A DNA stretch of 64,000 nt from the IMG/VR virus record IMGVR_UViG_3300028833_000003, one strand, 5' to 3'. This document shows positions 1 to 6,170 of this stretch, piece by piece. Made by a program: the position numbers and the translations under genes. Within the stretch, counting starts at the first letter, position 1. Each line of letters opens with the position of its first letter. The DNA comes from a virus. The notes beneath the pieces were generated by a model. That model had not been told where the DNA came from. It did no database searches and saw only the letters and a list, made by a program, of their open reading frames with translations.

Positions 1-645
1 CAGGCAAGCTATTTACACTCAGCCAGAGATCTGGTGGCGTAAAGGCATCGTCGTAATTAGTATAAATGTTGCGTAGCAACCACGCAACCCGTCCGTGGGC
101 AGAATAGATGGGGTAAATTGAGTGTAAAAACTGGATACATGACCCAGTATAAAAAGGTGTCGCGCTTATAAGCCGCAAGTTCGCAATAGCTTATACAGTT
201 GCCCACTCTGTAAAAGGAGGCGCGCCGATAGACCGCAAGTGAAATAGTCTATTAAGGTGCCCAAATGCGGTAATTAGCGTGTAAGTTTTGAACAACTAAG
301 ACTGAGGAGCTCTGGGTCGCGCGCTATGAAGAATGGGTTAAATGGAGTTTGAGGAACAGCCAAGCGCAAACTGTATGGCTTTGTATGTGCCAGATTGCTC
401 GGCGCTTAATAAAAGAAGAGCAAAGTAAGCTCCTAGTTGCTGATAAAGTGAGTATAGTAAGGTTCTCATACTAGGATTGACCGAATCCCGCAGGTGGGAA
501 AGCACAACATCCCAGCCCGGTCAAGACAGGGTTAAGCCATCACGTGTGCCAGTGGATGCGGCGTACCGATAGGAAGTTCGGAGTAGGTCACTTTTGGAGA
601 TATTCAGAAATGCCGAATAGGCTATCCGGAAATTCTCCACTTTAT
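1..645 (+). ncRNA. Candidate large structured non-coding RNA directly upstream of the tRNA array (5' end cut by the window)
   Basis: The supplied track has no ORF of 60 aa or more here. GC is visibly above the AT-rich background. There are many hairpins, including GCAA loops. A tandem motif has compensatory stem changes. The region shares ATGCGGTAAT and GCGCGC strings with 5093-5566. Confidence 0.4.
152..263 (+). repeat. Tandem duplication of a ~52-nt RNA motif (AAAAGG-n-GCGCGC-stem-CCGCAAGT-stem-TGCCCA)
   Basis: Unit 1 is 152-205 and unit 2 is 212-263. The internal helix TATAAGC/GCTTATA (167-173/189-195) is replaced by ATAGAC/GTCTAT (228-233/247-252), so pairing is kept while the sequence differs. 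Confidence 0.6.
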
Positions 646-720
646 GCCCTGTTGGACAATCGGTAAAGTCGGCGGCCCTTCAAGCCACAGTGCCGGGTTC
701 AACTCCCGGACAGGGTACCA
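646..720 (+). tRNA. tRNA, nominal anticodon UUC (Glu-like), with non-canonical C33
   Basis: Hand-folded cloverleaf. Acceptor GCCCTGT/ACAGGGT, T arm CCGGG-TTCAACT-CCCGG, A73 and encoded CCA. The anticodon stem GCGGC/GCCAC has one C-A mismatch. The loop CCTTCAA puts TTC at positions 34-36 with C at position 33. Confidence 0.6.
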
Positions 721-768
721 CCTTTCTTAATAGCTGGTGTTTCCTTTCGTAGTGGCACATGCCACTAT

Positions 769-845
769 CTGGGTGTAGCGCAGTTTGGTAGCGTACTTGA
801 TTTGGGATCAAGGGGTCGTGGGTTCAAATCCCACCACCCAGACCA
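769..845 (+). tRNA. tRNA-Pro(TGG)
   Basis: Acceptor CTGGGTG/CACCCAG (C1-G72), D arm GCGC-AGTTTGGTA-GCGT, anticodon arm CTTGA-TTTGGGA-TCAAG, T arm GTGGG-TTCAAAT-CCCAC, A73, CCA encoded. Confidence 0.9.
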
Positions 846-1001
846 TTGCCCTTAAATGGGACGCCCTTTAAAGTTGTTTGCGGTAGTCGAATAACCTTCG
901 CTATGGCGAAGTAAAATATCCATAGCATTATATGGAACTAAATCTATCCCGAGTTCCTGCGGTTCAAGGATAGGGTTTGCGGCAACCTTAGCGCCGCGCA
1001 T

Positions 1002-1073
1002 AGGTCGGTAGTGTAATTGGTAGCACGCTAATCTCCAAAATTAGTTGTTTAGGTTCAAGTCCTAACCTTCCTG
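1002..1073 (+). tRNA. tRNA-Trp(CCA)-like, possibly a pseudogene
   Basis: D arm GTGT-AATTGGTA-GCAC, anticodon arm CTAAT-CTCCAAA-ATTAG, T arm TTAGG-TTCAAGT-CCTAA, G73. The acceptor AGGTCGG/CCTTCCT has two central mismatches and no CCA is encoded. A canonical Trp tRNA lies at 8155. Confidence 0.45.
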
Positions 1074-1078
1074 CTTAT

Positions 1079-1155
1079 GGTGCCATAGTTCAGCTGGTCA
1101 GAACGCCTGCCTGTCACGCAGGAGGTCGCGGGTTCGAACCCCGCTGGCATCGCCA
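1079..1155 (+). tRNA. tRNA-Asp(GTC)
   Basis: Acceptor GGTGCCA/TGGCATC, anticodon arm CCTGC-CTGTCAC-GCAGG, T arm GCGGG-TTCGAAC-CCCGC, G73, CCA encoded. Confidence 0.9.
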
Positions 1156-1314
1156 TTAAATGTCGGTAGGCAAGTATTAAAAGCCGAGAAGAGAATAAAG
1201 CCTATGTGATAGAACACTTTGAGGTCCAACTCAACAGGGTGTAGTAGTCCCAATTAAGAAGGATGTGCAATCTATCGAGGATGCGCGTGATTGTAACTGC
1301 ACGCCCGACAATAT

Positions 1315-1390
1315 GCCCGGTTAGCTCAGTCGGTAGAGCAGCTGGCTGTTAACCAGCGTGTCGGGGGTTCAAGTCCCTCACCGGGCGCCA
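1315..1390 (+). tRNA. tRNA-Asn(GTT)
   Basis: Acceptor GCCCGGT/ACCGGGC, D arm GCTC-AGTCGGTA-GAGC, anticodon arm GCTGG-CTGTTAA-CCAGC, G73, CCA encoded. Confidence 0.9.
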
Positions 1391-1480
1391 CCTTTCCTGA
1401 GCAAATGCGGAGATTAAACCGATGTGCGGTTAGCTGACCTTAAAGCTAATTCTTGCAAGAGTTAAAGGAGAGAAATAACA

Positions 1481-2020
1481 ATGGCTGATGCTAGATTGAA
1501 GATTTTGCCGCCTTGGACAATTGTTATCCGTAAGTTTGAAGCATTGTTCGATGGTGATCCGTAGATTGCATGTAACTGTAACTTCGGCGGTTCTGCTCCA
1601 TCAATTGTATTTGCTTGCAATAACGGTGATAAGGTAGCTGCATTGCAGAAAATTCTTCCTGAGGAAATTAACTTTGGCAATGTCAAGCTCAAAGTAAAGG
1701 TTGATGGTATTCCTTCTAATCGTGCCTTCACCAGTAAGGTTGAACTATTTGATACTGCTTTCAAGGGCAATCCTGCTTATGCTTATTCTGTTTGCCCTGC
1801 TGAGGAAGGTTATCAGTGGATTGGAACAACTTATGTTGTATTCAATAACTGCGTAGTACAGTTCCCGGCTGACAATTTGAATGACTGTCATGGTATTATC
1901 AGTACTCTTTATGAGACTATTGCTGATGAACTTCTAACTGGTCCTGCTGTTCAAGGTGTATTCTTTAATACAAACGTTGAACGCGCTAACCTCGGTAAGC
2001 CGCTGGGTGAGTGGCCGTGA
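1481..2020 (+). CDS. Hypothetical protein (one in-frame TAG at 1562)
   Basis: ATG lies 8 nt after AAGGAGAG. It is in frame with track ORF 1643..2020 across a single TAG. The gene ends in TGA. It uses the AAG/CGT/GCT-rich codon regime shared with other probably highly expressed genes here. Confidence 0.7.
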
Positions 2021-2184
2021 TAGTTGAATTAACAAATCATTGGGTTGAAATGAGCGGCCAATATGAAATTGAAGGAGTAGAAGATCATAATGATTATTTC
2101 CGCTTCTACTTCGGCAATGGTAAGTGGTCAAGAGAGTATAATACATCAATGTACTCTTATAGGATTATACAAAAATGAATTGCG

Positions 2185-2210
2185 GTAATTACTCTTCGGA
2201 GATTACCTTT
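2185..2210 (+). terminator. Hairpin with UUCG loop followed by TTTAT
   Basis: GGTAAT..CTC-TTCG-GAG-ATTACC, then TTTAT. Confidence 0.4.
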
Positions 2211-2236
2211 ATAGGGTGGATGCGTCTGCCCTGTAT

Positions 2237-2311
2237 GCCCGATTAGCTCAACGGATAGAGCACGCGGCTACGGACCGCGGGATGTGGGTTCGATTCCTAC
2301 ATCGGGTGCCA
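2237..2311 (+). tRNA. tRNA-Arg(ACG)
   Basis: Acceptor GCCCGAT/ATCGGGT, anticodon arm CGCGG-CTACGGA-CCGCG, T arm GTGGG-TTCGATT-CCTAC, G73, CCA encoded. Confidence 0.9.
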
Positions 2312-2523
2312 CTTTAATCTAATCCACTCGATATGGCTGTGACTACAAAGCGCGGAAGAGTGGCGGTAGTATAACGCCTTAATTGGCTGAAACGATAGGC
2401 CGATTAAGGATGAAATAAAGCACCAGGATGCAAGAGAGTTATACACTACGTAAAACTTTAATATAGATGTGTGTAGTCGTGCTACCGGTGGCGCGTAACA
2501 ACATAATAGGACACCGGGTACTT

Positions 2524-2601
2524 CGGGATGTAGCACAGTCGGTTTAGTGCAGCGCTCTGATAAGGCGAAGATCACTGGTTCGAGTCCAGTCATCCCGACC
2601 A
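2524..2601 (+). tRNA. tRNA-Ile(GAT)
   Basis: Acceptor CGGGATG/CATCCCG, D arm GCAC-AGTCGGTTTA-GTGC, anticodon loop CTGATAA, T arm ACTGG-TTCGAGT-CCAGT, A73, CCA encoded. Confidence 0.85.
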
Positions 2602-2608
2602 TTTTTAT

Positions 2609-2682
2609 GTGCTATTAGCGTAATGGTAGCGTTGCTGCCTTCCAAGCAGCGGGTGTCAGTTCGAATCTGATATAGCACTCCA
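2609..2682 (+). tRNA. tRNA-Gly(TCC)
   Basis: Acceptor GTGCTAT/ATAGCAC, anticodon arm GCTGC-CTTCCAA-GCAGC, T arm GTCAG-TTCGAAT-CTGAT, U73, CCA encoded. Confidence 0.9.
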
Positions 2683-2787
2683 TGGCCGCAGACACGTCAG
2701 CAAACTGACTTAAATAATTACTGCTAATGTTGCTGTATCGTAAGCACCGGGTTCGGCTCCGGGAAGATAAGCGTGTCTAGTTTTTAT

Positions 2788-2863
2788 GCTCCCTTAGTCC
2801 AACGGCAGAGACAATGCGCTTAGAACGCATCCAGTGTGGGTTCGAATCCCATGGGGAGTACCA
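2788..2863 (+). tRNA. Type-I (short variable loop) tRNA with Leu-box anticodon UAG; identity unresolved
   Basis: Acceptor GCTCCCT/GGGGAGT, anticodon arm ATGCG-CTTAGAA-CGCAT (perfect 5 bp), 5-nt variable loop CCAGT, T arm GTGGG-TTCGAAT-CCCAT, A73, CCA encoded. It is a paralogue of the tRNA at 5016-5092. Confidence 0.75.
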
Positions 2864-2867
2864 ATAT

Positions 2868-2957
2868 GCGCTCGTGGCTGAGAGGTCGAAAGCGGTGCCC
2901 TGCTAAGGCATTGACTCTTTCCCGGGTCCGAAGGTTCGAATCCTTCCGAGCGCGCCA
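2868..2957 (+). tRNA. tRNA-Ser(GCT)
   Basis: Type II tRNA. Acceptor GCGCTCG/CGAGCGC, anticodon arm GTGCC-CTGCTAA-GGCAT, long variable arm, T arm GAAGG-TTCGAAT-CCTTC, G73, CCA encoded. Confidence 0.9.
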
Positions 2958-3027
2958 TTTTAAATTAATTCATCTATCTAAATCTTCATTATAAAATAGA
3001 ATCTCAATATTTCAAAGGGGGATTACT

Positions 3028-3828
3028 ATGTATAATGGATACAAAGAAATTCGTGGGACCACTGACGAAATTAATGAGCTAATGTTTCAAATGGATCCTG
3101 CGGATTGGGCAATCAATGAATATCTTATTATTCACAACACAGATGAAAATCGCACAACTGAAATGCGTTGGACTGGTTCGTAGTTTGTTGCATTAAAATT
3201 ACCGCCATCTTCATATGTAAAAGCACTCAATAGTGAGCAAAGATGTTTGTTGGATTTGCTTAATAATAAAAACATTACTGTTGTTGCTGCACTTGGAACT
3301 TATGGTTCTGGTAAAACTTATTTAGCTTTACAAATGGCACTTTACGGTTTAAAAGAAAAAGGATGGTATGATAAAATCCTTGGTGTGCGCGAAGTCATTG
3401 GTGAAGGTCGAGATATTGGTTTTTTGCCAGGTGAGTAGAAAGCTAAAACAGATAATTTCTTTAAACCGTTAGAACAATAGCTAAATGGTGGAGAGTTTGA
3501 ATTAGATAGCTTAGTGCGGCAAGGGCAATTAGAAACATAGATTCCTTATTTTTTAAAAGGCTGTACTTATAATCAGACTGCGATTGTCGTTGATGAAGCC
3601 GAGGACTTAACTGAAAAACAAATTAAGTTAATTGGTACTCGCGCTGGAAAAGGCAGTCGTGTTATTTTTGCCGGTGACTATAAACAATCATTAGTAAATC
3701 ACACTGAGTCCAATCCACTTGTTAAAATGTGTGATGCATTGCGCGGTAACCCTCTGTTTGGATGCGTAGTATTAAAAGAGGATGTCCGTAGCGAAACTTC
3801 TAAATTATTTGCTGACCTCTTCACTTGA
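3028..3828 (+). CDS. phoH: PhoH-like ATPase (four in-frame TAGs: 3181, 3436, 3478, 3538)
   Basis: Walker A GTYGSGKTY, the GFLPG motif and Walker B VVDEAED lie in one frame only if TAG is read through. ATG follows GGGGGA. The gene ends in TGA at 3826. Confidence 0.85.
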
Positions 3829-3853
3829 AAATTTTAAAAATTTTTGATATAAT
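3825..3853 (+). promoter_or_regulatory. Sigma70-like promoter cassette (TTGAAA-N17-TGaTATAAT)
   Basis: -35 at 3825-3830 and -10 at 3848-3853 with a TG extension. It is followed by the conserved ATATATAGAAAGTGAG leader. Confidence 0.75.
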
Positions 3854-3884
3854 ATATATAGAAAGTGAGAGGGAGGTAAGCCTT

Positions 3885-4052
3885 ATGACCTATGCTGAGT
3901 GTCCTTGGTATGATTGCTACGAATTGTGCGACGGTTGTCCTGAACGAATTGCTTGTAATGAGTATAGAGACTATGTTGATAATGGCGTATGTGAATTTGA
4001 GCATCGTGAGTATGGCGAAGAAGGCTATCCCGACATGGAAGAAGACGATTAA
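3885..4052 (+). CDS. Small Cys-rich acidic protein
   Basis: ATG lies 9 nt after GAGGGAGG, downstream of the promoter. MTYAECPWYDCYELCDGCPERIACNEY... The gene ends in TAA. Confidence 0.55.
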   Translation: MTYAECPWYDCYELCDGCPERIACNEYRDYVDNGVCEFEHREYGEEGYPDMEEDD

Positions 4053-4073
4053 AATCACAGGAGGAAGAGAGCC

Positions 4074-4373
4074 ATGAGCGATACTAAAAACACCTGTTCG
4101 CAGGATTGTTCTAAGACTTGTAAAAATTATTAGCCAGTTACTCCGTAGAAAGATAATTATGGATGGATTTGCGCGAAGTGTGGTCGTGGCATTGCGCCAA
4201 ATCAAATAACTTGTCCTTATTGCGGACCTACTTATACTTGGATTAGTACATCACCTTGGTGGAGCGGTCCATATTATACAACTACTAATGTTTCTAACAC
4301 TATTGATAAAGATAGTGTAACAGCAAGTGCGTCAAATATCACATTAAATGCTAATGCTACTACGCTAACTTGA
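4074..4373 (+). CDS. Zinc-ribbon protein (two in-frame TAGs: 4131, 4146)
   Basis: ATG follows GGAGGAAGAGAG. CAKCG...CPYCG ribbon. The frame is open to TGA at 4371 only if TAG is sense. Confidence 0.55.
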
Positions 4374-4398
4374 AAATTTTAAAAAAATTTGATATAAT
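4370..4398 (+). promoter_or_regulatory. Promoter cassette (TTGAAA-N17-TGaTATAAT)
   Basis: -35 at 4370-4375 and -10 at 4393-4398. Class B leader ATATATGTAAGATAAAGAAAAGGAG. Confidence 0.75.
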
Positions 4399-4430
4399 AT
4401 ATATGTAAGATAAAGAAAAGGAGAAATTAA

Positions 4431-4646
4431 ATGTATTATTACCTTGTAGATTTTCTTGATGAGGATTATAACGAGCATAAAGAATCTGGCCTAATTGGTG
4501 CTCAGTCTTATAGCACTGCTACTGCACAGGTTACTGATTTCTACGGTGAAGGTAATATTATTTCTCTTTATCTTGAACAGTGGAATGATGTTGTAACCGA
4601 GGATGAAGTTCTCGATGGCTTTGAAGAAGCCGATGTGAGGGTTTAA
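4431..4646 (+). CDS. Hypothetical acidic protein
   Basis: Track ORF. ATG lies 8 nt after AAGGAG. TAA stop sits inside a hairpin at 4635-4654. Confidence 0.6.
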   Translation: MYYYLVDFLDEDYNEHKESGLIGAQSYSTATAQVTDFYGEGNIISLYLEQWNDVVTEDEVLDGFEEADVRV

Positions 4647-4658
4647 TCCCTCACTTAT

Positions 4659-4742
4659 GCGGGTATGGTGGAATGGCAGACACCACAGACTTAAAATCTG
4701 TTGCCGCAAGGCGTGCCGGTTCAAGTCCGGCTACCCGCACCA
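4659..4742 (+). tRNA. tRNA-Leu(TAA)
   Basis: Type II tRNA. Acceptor GCGGGTA/TACCCGC, anticodon arm ACAGA-CTTAAAA-TCTGT, variable arm GCC-GCAA-GGC, A73, CCA encoded. Confidence 0.9.
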
Positions 4743-4814
4743 TTAAGGCTCACACAGCAAATTTTAATGCAATAGTATTGGTAAACTATAAGTGCAGGCG
4801 AGCCTTGTTTTTAT

Positions 4815-4896
4815 GCCCGAGTGGCGGAATGGCAGACGCGCTTGACTCAAAATCAAGTTCGAGAGAGTGTGGGTTCAAGTCCCACCTTGGGCACCA
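4815..4896 (+). tRNA. tRNA-Leu(CAA)
   Basis: Type II tRNA. Acceptor GCCCGAG/CTTGGGC, anticodon arm CTTGA-CTCAAAA-TCAAG, long variable arm, A73, CCA encoded. Confidence 0.9.
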
Positions 4897-5015
4897 GATT
4901 GTTGTCCGGCCGGCAACCCAGTGGATGGATTGTTACGCATCCCGTGCTACTACTGCGAGAGGGATCACGCTTAGGCTTTGCATGCGCACCACGGCCCATG
5001 AAGGTAGCACACTAT

Positions 5016-5092
5016 GCTCCCTTAGCCCAATTGGCAGAGGCAGTTGGCTAAGAACCAACACAGTGAGAGTTCGAATCTCTTGGGGAGTACCA
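5016..5092 (+). tRNA. Type-I tRNA with Leu-box anticodon AAG; identity unresolved
   Basis: Same acceptor GCTCCCT/GGGGAGT and A73-CCA as the tRNA at 2788. Anticodon arm GTTGG-CTAAGAA-CCAAC, 5-nt variable loop ACAGT, T arm GAGAG-TTCGAAT-CTCTT. Confidence 0.75.
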
Positions 5093-5566
5093 CCAGGGCA
5101 TGCCTGGTTTATATTGTCTAGCAACAAGGCAATCACACTGCAATGTTGTATGTAGGTAAATGATGGGGAGGAGTTAAAGGCGTCCTCTCTCTGGGGCAAT
5201 GCGGTAATACCTGCGCGCGGGTAGCAAAGTTACCCTACCAGTAGTTAGAAGTCTGTAAAACTTCCATTGGGCTGGCTGAGAGGCCCTGGTCCATCTTCCT
5301 TGCCAACAGTGATAGTCCTGTTTAAGGCAAAAAACATGCGGGTTAGCTAAACGCGATGATGGCTAGTTTTAGGGTTTTACGCCACGCTTTTAAGGACTTT
5401 GGCATTGATAAGCAAATTTGCTTGTCTATACTAGTTAATGCCGCAGTTCTAATTTGTCTGCACACTCGATTGGTAGTGTCCCACAAAAAAACTTGTTGAA
5501 GAGTGAAGTTGGTGGTTTTAGCTCTTAAAAAATATCTTATATGCGCTAAGATAAGGGCGCTTAATA
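5093..5566 (+). ncRNA. Candidate structured non-coding RNA (~470 nt) between the tRNA array and the next gene
   Basis: No credible ORF on either strand even with TAG read through. The track ORFs here run through tRNAs. The region is GC-enriched and hairpin-rich. It begins with CCAGG-GCATG-CCTGG. It shares ATGCGGTAAT and GCGCGC strings with 1-645. Confidence 0.4.
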
Positions 5567-5587
5567 GTGAAGGAGAGGAACTTAACT

Positions 5588-5902
5588 ATGAAATTTTTTT
5601 CTGAGGTAACGAATAGGGTTTATGATTCTGTTGATGCACTTAACGCCGCCGAAAAAAAGGTAGCCGATGAGAAGCGTGCTCGTGAGGAAGCCGAAGCTAA
5701 GAAAAAGGAAACTCGTGAAGCCCGCGCAAAGGAAGTTGAAGCTGCCCTTGAACTTGCTTCCAAGACTCGCTCAGATGCTTTGGAGAAGTTGAATGCTTTT
5801 GTGAAGGACTATGGTGCCTTCCATACTTCCATCAAGAATGTTGATTCACTGTTTGGATCAGAGCATGCATTGAGTACCCTGTTTGATCTGTTCAACTATT
5901 GA
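5588..5902 (+). CDS. Lys/Glu/Ala-rich coiled-coil protein
   Basis: ATG lies 9 nt after GAAGGAGAGG and is internal to track ORF 5567. It uses the AAG-rich codon regime. TGA stop, then a terminator. Confidence 0.6.
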   Translation: MKFFSEVTNRVYDSVDALNAAEKKVADEKRAREEAEAKKKETREARAKEVEAALELASKTRSDALEKLNAFVKDYGAFHTSIKNVDSLFGSEHALSTLFDLFNY

Positions 5903-5914
5903 TTAGATGCCTCT

Positions 5915-5939
5915 GGCGGCAGGCAAAAAGCCGCCTTTA
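5915..5939 (+). terminator. Rho-independent terminator-like hairpin
   Basis: GGCGGC-AGGCAAAAA-GCCGCC followed by TTTAT. Confidence 0.5.
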
Positions 5940-5942
5940 TAT

Positions 5943-6018
5943 GGGGATGTAGCTCAGTTGGTAGAGCGCCTGCCTTGCAAGCAGGAGGTAGAGGGTTCGA
6001 TCCCCTTCATCTCCACCA
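5943..6018 (+). tRNA. tRNA-Ala(TGC)
   Basis: Acceptor GGGGATG/CATCTCC with G3-U70, anticodon arm CCTGC-CTTGCAA-GCAGG, A73, CCA encoded. Confidence 0.9.
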
Positions 6019-6019
6019 G

Positions 6020-6136
6020 AAGACCTGTCAGCAATTATCTTTTTGCATTAGGAGCACGGGGTTCCAGGTTCGAATCCTGGGTCGGGGATTATTCCCCGGC
6101 TAGCTCAACTGGTAGAGCACGTTATTAGCGGGTCTT
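6020..6136 (+). ncRNA. Circularly permuted tRNA-like module (YrlA/Y-RNA-like candidate 1)
   Basis: Order of elements: closing helix AAGACC (6020-6025) with GGTCTT (6131-6136); T arm CCAGG-TTCGAAT-CCTGG (6064-6080); capped acceptor helix GTCGGGG (6081-6087), loop ATTATT, CCCCGGC (6094-6100); TA; D arm GCTC-AACTGGTA-GAGC (6103-6118). Confidence 0.5.
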
Positions 6137-6170
6137 GTATTTTAAAAGTATCAAAAGGAGAGGTTACACT

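Noticed and set aside
2050-2178. A 42-codon ORF (MSGQYEIEGVEDHNDYFRFYFGNGKWSREYNTSMYSYRIIQK) between gene 1481-2020 and the terminator.
   Set aside because: It has a weak RBS (GGGTTGAA), no recognisable motif, and it is below any reasonable length threshold without conservation evidence.
3826-3828. TGA might also be recoded (code 4).
   Set aside because: TGA ends many genes exactly where homologues end, such as PhoH, 1481-2020, the Pol III alpha gene and the endolysin. I saw no conserved domain interrupted by TGA.
4673-5155. Track ORFs that run across tRNA genes (4673-5155, 4821-5051, 5907-6128, 2297-2602, 7214-7429, 8141-8368).
   Set aside because: Their translations contain the typical tRNA read-through strings (for example AQLVERLPCKQEVEGSIP and GSRFESW), and they overlap well-folded cloverleaves.
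6047-6125. A true circularly permuted tRNA gene (Cyanidioschyzon type), or simply two decayed tRNA halves lying next to each other.
   Set aside because: No anticodon stem-loop can be rebuilt for locus 1, and bacteria and phages lack the BHB splicing route. Chance juxtaposition is unlikely because the same order and an outer closing helix recur at 8812-8921. The Y-RNA-like reading is preferred but unproven.
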